A stretch of 62,965 nt of DNA, filler included, from Hyphochytrium catenoides (Eukaryota; Protista; Hyphochytriomycota): assembly GCA_900088475.1 (NCBI GenBank). It is 10 parts of 10 records of this genome, joined end to end, with 100 filler letters (N's around TTAATTAATTAA, not from the genome) between each part and the next. Parts side by side here need not be neighbours in the genome. Positions count along the whole stretch, not along the records: positions 24,509 to 40,439 come from FLMG01000003.1; 9 more parts are not named here. One strand, given 5' to 3'. A model generated the notes under the pieces. That model worked only from the letters and a program-made list of their open reading frames with translations, had not been told where the DNA came from and did no database searches. Shown piece by piece: positions 24,894 through 37,278 of this stretch. A program made the position numbers and the translations under genes. Numbering within the stretch: position 1 is the stretch's first letter; each line of letters starts with the position of its first letter.

Positions 24894-27800
24894 CTTTCCG
24901 TTCTCCTCTCTCTTACAGTCTCTCCTCTACTTTTGAAAGATGCTTTCTCTAGAGAGAGAAGCTGTCAAAAGGCGAAAGGAGTCTTTGCGAGCGCTAGAGC
25001 TTCATAGGAGCTAGTCTCTGTCTCAAGTCTCTCTCTCTCTCTCTCTCTTTGGCCAGGTTCTCAGTGTGAACGGTCCGAGAAGCTCGCCGTGGGTGTTGGA
25101 GCTTTTGAGAAGTGGTGCGTGCCAAAGGGCAGAGATTCCTTCTTCGTGGGAAGGCTTCACTTCCCTTTTTATGGTTGAAAGCCAGTATCTGAGAGACACG
25201 AGAACGCCGCCGTTTACAGGGAAGACAGGGGAGGAGCCAAGAGAGAGAGAGAAAGGGAGCAGAGCGAGTGACGATACGGCAGGAGAGTCAGACGTACAAG
25301 GACGGGGAGAGGGGATAGAGAGACACGATTAGGAGAGGGAGAGAAAGAGAGAGAGAGAAAAAGAGAGAGAGAAAGAGAGAAAGTGAGAGAGAAAGAGAGA
25401 GAGAGAAAGAGAAACGGAGAGAGAAACAACCCAGAGAGAGTGAAGACGAGAGAGCGAGGAAGAAGAGAGAGCGAGAAAGAAGGGAGAGCGAGAAAAGGAG
25501 AGTGAGAGAGAAAGGAGAGGGAGCGAGAAAATGAGAGGAAGAGAGAGAGAGAGAGANNNNNNNNNNNNNNNNNNNNNNNNNNNNNNNNGAGAGAGAGAGA
25601 GAGAGAGAGGGCCAAAAGGAAGGCTGTGTCCTGTGCTGATGAGCGCATTGCCAGGTGCTGACGCTGGAAGGGCGGCCCTGCTGACTGGAGCCAGACCACT
25701 AAAAGACGTCCGTTTAACCTAATCCTTAGCCGCTAGCACAGGTATCCCCCGAGGTAATGAGCCCATAACACCTAAACCTCAACCAAAAATATGGACATGT
25801 ACAGGTCCCATTGTTCTTAATCGTTCACCGTGTTCATGGGGCTCCTTCACTGGTCTGAGGGTCTGCGATGGCGCGTTTATCTCTAATATTCGCCGCTCTC
25901 CAGGCCTAGGGCTTGTAAAGGGTTAAAGGTGTGGTGGGGGAGGGAATAAGATTCCAGCAGACTTTTGGAAGGAGGCTTACGTAAACCTACTACTACACTC
26001 TGTACACCATATTGCTTGCTATTAGCCGGTATTACTACTCTCAAGATTGTACTTCCTGGTTCTGAATAGTAAAATACTCTCTCTGTAATACGGAAATAAT
26101 TTGGTCCTCTATTCGAAATGTATGATATTATGACAACAGAGACCTCCCCCTTGAGCTGGCAGTGGCGACGTAACGGTTTTTTGGGTGATGAGGTGATAAG
26201 TGCACTGGCTGTTCCTCTTCCTCCTCCTTCTTTTCCTCGGTGGTGGTGCGCCTCCCTCTCTTCGTCCCTTCTCTCAAGGACTTGTCGAGGCCTCGTTCTC
26301 TTGCGAAACTCACACCTCTTGATTGTCCGGAACGGCCATGCAGTCAACAGTCAACCTGATTCATCATACATCATTCTTCCCCTCATCATCAATCAGCGCC
26401 TTTCCTCTTTTCTTTCTTCTCTCTTCTCTTCTCTCTTCTCAGTTGTGGTCACACCTTTTTTCTTCTACTGCCGCTAGAAAGGATGAGTTTCATACAGCTA
26501 TGCCCGTCGCAGCCCTTTCTTTTTTCTTACTACCTCCTCCTTCCTTCTCCAATCAATCGCCACTGAAGAAGAAGAACTCAAGCCACAAACACCCCGGAAA
26601 ACGAAGGCGTCTCAGAAATCCAATAGTGTATGCATCTACTTTTTGCTGTAATGTAGTAGGTCGTTCATTTTCATTGCCGTGGAGACAGTGAAAAAGGATG
26701 ACGATGGACTCTGGGATCAATTCTGCAACGAACCAGGGGTCATAGTGCATAGTGATGGTGGACGCAGACGAACGTTGCAGACAGAGTTTGGCGTACTATA
26801 ATTCTTAATGCGTTGTTGCAGGAAGATAGCTGCTATCCCAGCAGTGTTATAACACTCCAGGGTAATGATGCTGGTAGTAGGATATAAGATCATTACACCT
26901 GTCCGTGCCCACATTGATCTTTCATAAGTCTAAGCTAAGGGCTTTAGAAGGTGTCTCCGCCGCCAGATCTGCCATTGCCTGACTGAAGAGAAACATCCTA
27001 TTCATCCGAGTCGGAAAAGAGGTCAACTTACCGCCAAGGGCGAACAAGTTGAAAACAGGACTAATAATATTGCTGCTAGCTAGTCCTTACGAGTTATAAC
27101 GGCTGACACTGCTGGTTGGCACCTGATGTTCTTGTTGCTGATGACACGGTTCATCACCATCGTTTAATGACGGGGCGACGGCTGCTTGGACCAAGATGCG
27201 ACAGTACCTCCGTCACAATAGTTGTTTCCCAATTATAAAAGTGCGGAGGGTGAAGAAAGCTCCTTCGGTTCGTCAGAGAGTATGATGCGCATCATAGGTC
27301 AATACGACGCGGGGTAATGAGCAAACAAAGAGAAAGAGGTAGGGACATCGGGCCCAATGCTGCCACACCATCATCACGACGGAGCGAGCTCTTCTTCTGA
27401 TGCGTGGCGAGGAGCCTGAAAGTCGTACTAATGGGTTCGTCAAGGGAGAGAACGAGATGCTGCAAAAGCCGGCCTGGGTGCTGCAGGGTTCAAGATATGA
27501 CTTTAATGGCGGGAGACAGCAACAGGGCGATGAGCCAGGAAGAGCGCCCCGCCCCCATCCATCATCCTTTCAAACCCTTGTGATCAGCAATATTAACAGA
27601 TGAAATCTGGCAAGAAATTCACAAAGTTGGTCGTCCCCTCCTTATTATTGATCCTGCCTCCTCGTGCAGGCAGACGACAGAGTGGAAAGGTAGCCGTTTG
27701 CGCCTCCACGCCGCATCTTCTGAAAAGGACAGTAATTATATCTTGCTGCTGGGAGAGCTTGGTTTCCGGTAAAGGCCGGTAACGGCCGTTATGTCGCTTG

Positions 27801-28576
27801 GAAGAAAGGATATTATAACGGAAGAGCGGGTCCTTCATCCTTCCCGCGTCTTCTTCCTGGTTTGCTCCGTCCTCCGACCCTCGGCGCGGCCAGTGAGATG
27901 CTGCCTGAGCTGCTGCCTGAGCTCTGTCACACGCCTCCACGGGCAGCAGAGAAAGAGAAGATCAAGCAAGGAGGCAAGGAAGATCTGCAGGCTTAGAAGG
28001 CATAGTGAGGATAGTGGAGCTGGTGGAAGCAGGTTCTTGGGAGACGGTAGCGACGAAGAAATAGCGAGAGAGAAGAGACCAGAAGAGGGAGAGGAGACAA
28101 CAGGAAAGAGAGATGCCCGCGATTGGGCTAGCAAGGCCAGAGGTTGGTGTGTGTATCTGAAGCCAGATCCTCCGGTTTCTCACCCCCTGCCCGAGAGGTA
28201 AAGGGCCTTACACAACTAGCAGCAGCACCACTCAAAAGCTGAGGAGACAGAAGAAGAAAGAAGAGAGCGAGGAGAACGGAAGAAGAGAGCCAAAAATTCT
28301 AGGAGAGGCAGGAAGAAAAAAGAAAAGAGGAGCCAAAAGGGAGAAGGAGTGAGAGATCGAGAGAGAGAAGGGAGAAAAGTGAACGCGGGCGAGGAAGGAT
28401 AGGCTTTACAAGCAAGGGCCATGGCAGACCTAGCTGTTGGATCTAGCCTTCAAGAGCTATCACAGCCACCACTCTACAGAGGCAGAGCTTTCTCCGCTGG
28501 ATACTCAGGGTAAGAGAGAACCTTGTGCCTCTGAGGAAGGACTTGAAGGCGAGAATGGTTCCCTCTTTCTCGTCTG

Positions 28577-31500
28577 ATGTCTTCATCTCGCCCCAGGCGC
28601 AAGGTAGCTGAGTCCCCAGAGGTCCAAGAGCTGAGGGCCAAGCTAGAGGTCAAAGAGGAGGTGAGAGGCACTGAATTCTCGGTATTTCTTTCTCTTCTTC
28701 TCTTTTTGTCTCTTCACTCTCTCTCTCTTAGTCCCCGCACTCTCTCTCTGCCGCACTCTCTAACCCTGTAACCTCCTCCTGGCTTGCCTCTGTTCCTCTC
28801 TTTCCTCTCAGGAGTTACAGCTTGCGGGAAAGTATGGGAGCATTCTCCTGAACAGAAACAAAGGTTTGGACCAGTCCCTGGCCAGGTCAGGGGCTCCATC
28901 GACACTATGTCTCTCTTCTTGTTTCTCTTGATGTCCCCACCCTCCTGCTTTTCCTTCCAGTTTGGGTTACACTTCGCTCTTTGCTTCGTTGTCTTTCCCT
29001 CTTTGACACACGCTCTCTCTCTCGCCTGATACCTTTCTCTCTCCTCTAATCATTCTCTCTCCCTTTCTCTCTCTTGGCTTTGTGGTGCTCATGGCAACCT
29101 TTCCTTCTCTCTCTTGGCAGCTGCAAGCAGGAGATAGAGGAGCTACGGATACAGAGAGAGAATGATCGCCTGGACTTTGAGAGAACGATCCAGACCCTTC
29201 AGAGCCGCAACGAGTCACTTATCAAGTGAGGAACGAAGGGAACGAAAGAGGGAAGGAAAGGGAAACCCAAACTGAGCCTCCGACCATGGGGATAGGAAAG
29301 GGAGAGAGGGACCAAGATTTTGAGGGAATGAACGACGACACAGAGGGAAAGCAATGGCGGGTCAAGAGGCTGAAACCCCTGTCTTTATCTGGCTGGCTGG
29401 CTGTGTCTCTCTTTTTCTCTCTCTCTTTTTCTCTCTCTCTTTTTTCCTTCACCATTTCAGCGCTCTCCGTCCTCTCCCTCCTTTTCTACTTACGCCTTCT
29501 TTAAATCTTAGGACTTGCGATGAGCTGTCGGAACAGCTGGAGGAGAAGGAGCTGCAAATTACGGAGCTGGAGAGACAGAGCAATAGCTCCAGATCTGGAC
29601 GAAAGCTTTTTGACCGGTACGCTTTCTTGATTTAAACTGTCCCTGTCTCTCTCTCTCTCTTTGCTATGTCTCTTACCCTCGTTAGTCTGTTTTCCTTTTG
29701 CGTCAGGTGTCTCTCTCCTTCCTTGTGCAGCATGTTACTTTCTTCCATCCTCTCTTGCTACTATTCATCTCCAGAAGGCTCGCTCCTACGCTCAGCCTTT
29801 CTTTCCTTGGCCGTCAGTTTCTCACTTTTGTTCCCCGTTGGATCTCCACTTCTTTCGGTCATGGATATGAACTTTCCTGTGCGTGTCTCTCTCTCCGAAG
29901 CGAGGCCTCTCAGCGCGCACGAGCTCTGCTTGTGGAGGAGAAAGAGCAAAAGCTCCAGGCAGCGGTTCAGAACTATGAGCAGCAGATCAGCGCACTAAAG
30001 AAGGTTCCTTCCAGCTAACTATCTCTTTCCTTGGCCTGCTCTTCTCTCTCTCTCTGTCTCCTTCTGGCTGTCTTTCTCTCTCTCCCTCTCTCTTGCTCCT
30101 CTCTATGTCTCTCTCCGTCTTCTTACTTTCTCTCTCTCCATCTCTCTCTCCTCCGCCTGCTCCGCTTACAGCTTTTCTTGAGGCAGTATCTCCTATGGAT
30201 GAGCCTTGAACCGAACACTAACCAAAACAGGCACTTCTTTTCTCTCTCTGTCCCTCTCCGCCTTAGATGGTCTCTTCTCTGCAGGAGGAGAAACAACGGT
30301 CAGATGTCCTGGCTGCTGAGTGCGGAGCCACATTGGAGCAATTTCAGGTTTCGCAGAAGGGTCTACAGGAGCGGCTGGATCAGGCGGTTCAGCGGCATCG
30401 AGAAGAGAAAGAGCAGCTTCTAGAGCACTGTCTAGCCATAACGGCAGAGATGGACGAGAGGTGCAGAGAACTTCTTTTCTCTCGTTTTCTCCCTATATTC
30501 TTCTTCTTCTCTTCTTACCTTTTCCTTTCTCTTCTCTTGCGTTTACCCTCTAGTTCGGTCGACTACTCTGCTTCTCGTCGTGCAGTGTCCCTCTCTCTAC
30601 CTCTTTCTCCATACTTCACAGGATATAGTCTTTATGCTCTGCTCACATGTAGGTGCCTTTGTTCTCTGTGTGTCTCTCTCTTTGTATTGCCGCTTTTGGC
30701 AACTTCTACTGGCTCCATAGCTATCTCCACTCATCTACTGCGTGTCTTTTAGGGAGCAGCTTGATCAGGAGAGGGAAGCCATCATGCTGGTTCGTTTCTC
30801 TCTCTATCTTTCGAGCACTACTTCTAAGCTCTCACCCAAACTCCTTATACCACTGCTCTACCATTTGCTTCGTGTTCGCTCTCAGAGTCTTAAAGAAGAG
30901 AATGAGCAGCTATTGGAGGAGCTCGCCATCTTAAGGGGCAACGGGGAAAGAGGAGAGCCAAGAGCAAAAGGAGAGACTACGACTCCTCGGCTGGCTGGCT
31001 CTTCTCTTCTGGATGAGATCATACGATTGGATTCCATGAAGTCACTGAGGAGCCCTCGACCTTCTTCTCCCAAGTCTCCTTCTTTCTCTCAACTCTCTCC
31101 CAGAGAGACAGCCACTGAAGGTAAGAAGTCTGCTGGTGAAGTTTATGCCTAGCGTTTCGTTATCTTGTCGAGCCTACGCCTCTCGGCACTTTCTTTTTCT
31201 CTTCCTTGGCTTAACATCTGGTTCCTCTTTAATCATCTGTCCTCAGAGATTCTTTCTCTGTCTATAATCACTCCTCCTCTCTTCATTGGCATTGTAGGAG
31301 AAAAGGAAGATGTGTCTCGGGTACTGAAGGAAGAGTACTTCTATTTGACGGCGATGGCGCTCAAGCACCGCCATCCCTCTCTCCCTTCTCTCTCCCACTC
31401 CGAGATCGCGTCTCTCTTCCAGGAGGCCAGACGTCAGTCAGTCCCTTTCTTCCAGTGGGAGTCCTGGCTTACAGAAAGGTTGACGGGAGACAGACGACTC

Positions 31501-32001
31501 CCTTCTTCTCGCTCTCTCTCTTTCTCGAAGCCTCTCCCACGCTCTCTCTCTCGAACTACAAGTGGCAGAAATGGAATGTTAGGACTTCTAACACTTTCGG
31601 AGCGCTTTGTGACATACGTTCTGACAGTGGAGGTGGAAGGCCCGCTAGGCCTAGAGATAGGAGAAGAGAAGCATTCTGGGGTCATCTTGGTCTCTGGTTT
31701 CACGCCGTCGGGCTCGGCTTCCTCTGCAGGGTCACACTCTACTCCGGAGACATCGGAGAAGAGGAAGAGCAGTAGGAGGCTCAGCGCCATGATTCAGGGA
31801 TTTGTATGGGGACAGGCACCTTCTCTCCCGCCTCTGTCATCCCTCTCTCCTCTCTGTCGGTCTGGCATTGTTCGAAGAGGTGACAGGCTGATAGAAATAA
31901 ACGGAAAAGTAGTCAGGGGTCTACCCTTCCAGGACGTGGTGAGCTGGCTGCGAGAGGCTCCGCGGCCAGTGGTGTTGGCCTTTCAGCGGCTTATAGTCTA
32001 A
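28577..32001 (+). CDS. Coiled-coil protein with N-terminal CC1-box-like motif and C-terminal PDZ domain; exons 28577-28660, 28812-28885, 29121-29225, 29512-29616, 29901-30003, 30267-30460, 30753-30789, 30886-31120, 31298-32001
   Basis: Nine phase-consistent GT-AG exons. E/Q/L/K-rich heptads. PDZ motifs: EGPLGLEI...SGIVRRGDRLIEINGKVVRGLPFQDVVSWLREAPRPVVLAF. Confidence 0.8.
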
Positions 32002-32276
32002 AGAATGAGGGTTGAAGATGACACAGGGAGGTTGAGAGAGCCTCAATCTTATTCTGCGAAAGGCGGGTGCGCATACTTGAGGCAGCGGCGAGAAAGAGCG
32101 AGAGGAAAAGGAGGACATCCTCCAAGAAGAGAGAGAAGCATATTCTGGACAGAATGGGATATAAGTTCAAATGGCATCAGCCTTATTAAGCCTTGAAATA
32201 GCGCGGAAGTCGGTCAGCTCAGGGAACTGTTCCGAGGGTAGGAGAAGTATTGAGAGAGAGGAGGGACTCTGGGGTT

Positions 32277-34371
32277 CTAAGCGAGGAAGGAGATGAAGAA
32301 GATAAGGAAGACGATGAGGACAAAGAAGAGCTTCATCATGAGTATTTGGTTGCTTGAGAGGCTGTTATAGTACTGCACCAGCTGGTTCTGGCCACGATTG
32401 ATATTGTGCTCTACCTCCAGCACATTGTCGTCGATCCTAGAAGAAAGTAAATGGAGAGTCAGACAGATCAAGAGGATGAGAGAGAGAGATGCATTGAGAT
32501 CATAGTTCAGACGACAGAGAGAGAGAGGGGAGACCATAGATACAAAGAGATACGTAACATACACAGACGGAAGCCGTTAGCCATCTGGAAGTCACTTGCT
32601 TCGTACAACTAACTGGGCAGGATGACAACGGCAGAGTAGATCGCAAGAGCCATCTTCACGATAAAAGACACAGATAAGAAACAAAAAGCGAGGGAGCTGT
32701 GCACCTACCTCTCAACCATCTGGCCCTGTTCCTGGATCATCGTTGCCAGCTTATTAAAAATCTGCCCCAGATCGACCATGTGGCTCTCGATCTGTTGCAC
32801 AGCATCGGCCCTAGATTGAAAGTAGCTCGTCGCAGGAATTAACTGCTGCATCTGTGAGCACGTAAAGGCAGGGAAAGAGATAAGGAGACGCGGATGTTTA
32901 GAAGTAATCTACTTCGCGGTTTTGTCAAGCCGGCGAGAGTCACACCTCTGCCTCTGCGATCAGAGGTTGGCTTTCTTGTTGGATGCCATCAGGGCGAGGA
33001 AGAGAGTCTCCTGCTGCGCCGTCCTTGGGCTTGAAGACAAGCGGTTTGGCCAGAGTTACTTGGCTGGCACGTCCGTATAAAGTCCTCCTGTCCTGCTGAA
33101 CTTTCATGTTGTCCTGGCGCATCTGCCCCAAGAGAGGCCATCAGAAAAGATAAAGCAGAACTTCAATGATAGGCTCGCGTGACAAGAGAAGTAAAGCAAA
33201 TACCATCAAGACATCCTTGAAGTTCTTAGTGGTACTCATGAGGTCTGTCTTCATCTGGGAGAGGATCGACTCGGAATGGTTCACTGACTGCTGAGTACCC
33301 ACCAGACCGCGCTTCTGGTTAATAAAATTCTTTGAGAAGGAGGAGAAATCTCAGTTAGAGCTTCAGTTTCTTTCTTTCGCTAATCGGCATCTCTCTCTCT
33401 GTGTCTCCCTCTCACTCTCTCTCACTCTGCCGTCCTTGCTTTCGCCATACTCCTTTCTCATGAACATCCATCTCTTCGTGGAGCTATTATCAGCCGACCG
33501 CTGCATGTCTCGGTTAGGCTCTCACAGGATTAGCTTCTTATGAAGCTCCTCATCTCCTCGTCTATCCTGGTAAGGTCCGTATCCTTCCTCACCTCTGCCC
33601 TTTCTACTTGCTCGTTGAGCTTTGTGATATCATCCTTTATGTCCGAGACGAGCCGGTTGATGTCGGACGCTGGATCGTTAAAGATGGTGTTCTTCTGCAC
33701 CACTAGCAAAGAGAGAGAGGGGCAATCCAAGTGAGAAAGAGCTACTCTCAAGGAAAGGTATAAGAAGAAAGAGACACGAGAGGAATACTAGGGATGGGGC
33801 ATGACTGGCACACTCTGAGCATTCGGGGGAGAAGACTTGAGAATGAGGATTCACACGAAGATCGGCAAATGGGCCAGGATGAAGCTCTCGAGCCAAAGTT
33901 AGAGGCGGCAATGAAGCCAAAGAGGTGACATACATCTTGTTAGTTTGCCCAGCTTCTGCGCTGTAACATTGATGTCTTTGGAAATCTGTGAAGCTGCCCG
34001 CGTAAATGCTGCCGCTTCGGCTGGCGTCGTCTTGCTAGAGCGCAGCGGCTTATTTAGCTGAGTACCTACTCCGCTGCCCATCTGCAAGGAGAGAACAGGC
34101 CCCATCTTAGAGAGAAAGAACAAGCAGGGAGCGCAGAGAAGATACGTAGAATAGGCACGCATAGCTCAGCGGCCGGGGCTAGGGCGATAACAGCATCCTC
34201 CTGCTCAAGACCCGAGATTGTGACCTCTTTAAGTTCAACTCTGCCTCTCTCAAGAGGCGGACAGGAGAGTTATCAAATAAGGGATGTGTGATCTACCTGT
34301 GCGCGGTGCCGCTCGCGGATGGCCTTCGCCTCCCCGCATAGCGCAAGGAACTCTGATGTCCTATCTGCCAT
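32277..34371 (-). CDS. STX5: Syntaxin-5 (Sed5/SYP3) Golgi Qa-SNARE, 7 exons
   Basis: N-terminal MADRTSEF (RDRTxEF peptide), KLGKLTRLVQKNTIFNDP, SRADAVQQIESHMVDLGQIFNKLATMIQEQGQMVERIDDNV, and a C-terminal transmembrane anchor. Confidence 0.95.
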
Positions 34372-36419
34372 GATCAAGCGTCCCGTCGGGCCAAAGTAAA
34401 GGAGAAGACGAGGCAAAGGAAGCACAGTACACTCTCCCTGGACGCTCCACTATTCAAAGCTATGCTTATAGCTCAAGGTCTTAGCATCTCCACAGATGTA
34501 GCAGGCCTATATGCCGCTGTGCTTAGGTGTTGGAACCCCAGAGTGGGCCTAGTACCATCCTTGAGGAGTCATACGGCAAATTAGAACCTTGGTCCTATTA
34601 AGACATATATAGCACGTCAGCATACATAAGAGGGAGGAGCCTCATGCTACATTGTCTCACCAGAGAGATCTGAAGCGGCAGCTGAAGGATGTATTCGGCG
34701 ATCGAAACTCGATTCTGCCCGCCAAGAATAATCCCTCAGCTCTCTGGGTTCAGACGATTGCAACTATTCTTCGCCTTTGTGTCCTCTGGCACAAGCACTA
34801 TCAAAGATCGTCCTCGCCGTCTGAGGCAGGCCTTCTATTGCGCGCTTCCACGCTGCAGAACTCAGACGGAGACTGAAAAAAAAAAACTCAATTATCTCTT
34901 TTTCTATGGCGTCTGCAGTCTGCAGAAAGAGACAGAGAACTGCAATGGCAGTGTGGGGGGCAGACACAAAGGAGAGTTACACTTACGAATTTACGAAAAT
35001 AGGGCTAAGGTAGTGATGGTGCAACTACAGCTTTTTCCCACCAGAACCGAAAGTTATTAGTGCAACTATTGCATACATAAAGTACTCAGTACTCCTTATA
35101 TTTGGTCATCCCCTTGAAGGAGGAGGAGCTGACCTACTAGCGGCCGCGTGCCGCGTGCTGGTGGTCGCTCAGCCGTCGCCATCGTCTTTGTCTAATCTTC
35201 TTCCGTCGTTGGGAGCTTCCTCTTGCTGCCTCCCACGGTGGGAGGATTGGTTTGAAGAAGGAGGAAATGGCTTAACAACAGCGTCAGCAGGCTATTAACA
35301 ATGAGGTTCATTTTATAGTCAAGCTAGTTCCCTGACTACGGTCCATTCATATGTGTTGTCGTCTCCCTGTCCTTTGGGCGGTGAAGGATTGCTGGCCCAT
35401 AGATGCGTGTAAGTCTGATGTTAGCCGCAGCAACGGGAGGTAGGTAGAGCTGCGGCCTTTCTTCTTGCAAGAAGACCCTGTTGAATAGAATAGAGTTGGT
35501 GGAGCTAGCTCATCATCGCCTCATCACTTTATCAAGGCCTCGAGCCTCTGTTCCCATGGCCACTTGGACTCCGTATGATATCTTTCTTCTGCCTCCAGCA
35601 GTAGAGAGTCCTAGAGTCACCGAGCTTTAATGTTCGGCCTTGCCAGTTTTTGCTTGCTCCAATGAATGGGCCACGTCTTCCACGACGGAAGGGCGCAATC
35701 AGCGAACTGAAGCCGCTCCTATGTCCTCGTGAATGTGCTCGTGATGATAGTTCATGGAGGTTGGCGGTGAGGAGGAGCAGCATGTATATTTTTGCTTGAA
35801 ATTTTATGGTAGAAGGGCTGTTTTTCTATGGGCTGCCCCTCGACGTAGTCTGGCTTCTTCGTTTAGGTAGCAGAACAGTGCATTTCCTCTGTCGTCCCAT
35901 GCTGTTCAGCGATGTTAGAAAAGAGGCCGGAAGGAATGGAGCGAAGTGCAAGAAAGAGAGAACATGATCCAAGACGAAGCTCGACAACGCCAAGAACAGC
36001 AGCAAACGAAGAAAAAAAGCATTCCGGACTCGATAGCAAACCCCGAGCAGCAGCACGATGGTACTAGTCGAAGCCATCATAAGCGCGTCATACTTAGCCG
36101 ACGAAGGACAGATAGTCCAGCCTATGCTCGAGCAAGAAGACCAAGGGCAAACTAACCATTCATGAAGCTTTTCAGCACTACAAGTCTGCTCCTTAGTTGG
36201 AGAGTGTGCACAGCCCACAGTGCTTTCGGCTTGCAGCCAGACAGCTCGCTAATCATCCACAATGTTGCAGTCATCCGTGAACGCCTGGACGGATAGTTGT
36301 CATGCCTGTCGACGACGAGCAACACATGCTGTTAAACCATAATGCAAATGTCTGGGCCTGCAGCAAACCTCCAGCAACAGCCCAGGCAGCAGATGTGCGG
36401 CCTGCAGCAGACCTTCCTC

Positions 36420-36479
36420 AATAGCCCACTACTCTCCTAAGTGGAGAGCAATAGCCCGCTACTCTCCTAAGTGAGGAGC
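36420..36479 (+). repeat. 30-bp tandem duplication (2 copies)
   Basis: AATAGCCCACTACTCTCCTAAGTGGAGAGC / AATAGCCCGCTACTCTCCTAAGTGAGGAGC. Confidence 0.9.
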
Positions 36480-37278
36480 AAGCACGCGGCACAGGGTCAA
36501 TCCTTGCTCCTTGCGTGCGCAGCGGCGCAGACAGACTTTGATGCGATGACGGCGGCTGGAGACAGGTCGGAAGAGGCAGGCCAACAGCCAACAATGCGAT
36601 GGGCGAAAGGAAGTCACTTTGGGAGGATCGAGGAAGGTCTTTAAGGAACCGCCTCTTTTTTTGGACAGAGATGTTTAACGACCTGACAGAGAGGAGTTTC
36701 AAGTATAGCGGCTAACGGCCATAGAAATGCAACTCTCAGTCTTGTCTCTCTCTGGTTGACACAGCTCGCCCTCTGCTCCACTGTCACTCTTCTCTCTCTT
36801 TGTCTCTCTCTCTCTCCCATAGCTGGGCCCCTCTCATATCCACTCTCCTGGGCTCCAAGGATTGGCTTTGAGCAGCCCCGCACAAGTTCCTCAAGAGCGG
36901 GTTTGACGGCAGCAAATGCGAGGAGGAGGCCAACGCAAGAGAAGGAGAGGCAGGACGAACCCGCAGTGACTCTGTTCAAGCGCTGTCTATCGGTCACCTT
37001 TCTTGCGGACTGTCTCACCCAGCTCCATCCTTCCTGTTCTGTGGATCGCAGTCCTGAGTCGAAGACGGGCTGGAAGAAGTAGAATCTGACAGATAACTAT
37101 TGAGAAGCAGAAGGACGGTATAACAGGGTGGAAGCGTTAAGAGTGTTTAAGGAAAAAGAAGCGAGAAAGAGGCATCACCCGCGAAGGCACGATGGTCTAC
37201 AACTGCAGGCCATGATAACAATGAGGAGAAGAACATCTCAATCACTGCTCGAGGCGAATACGAAGGTGGAGCGATACA

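Noticed and set aside
22057-25610. Many ORFs rich in SLSLSL or RERERE in the ORF track
   Set aside because: Translations of (CT)n/(GA)n microsatellites in introns and intergenic DNA
27593-28422. Short overlapping ORFs upstream of the PDZ gene
   Set aside because: No recognisable domain or convincing splice chain
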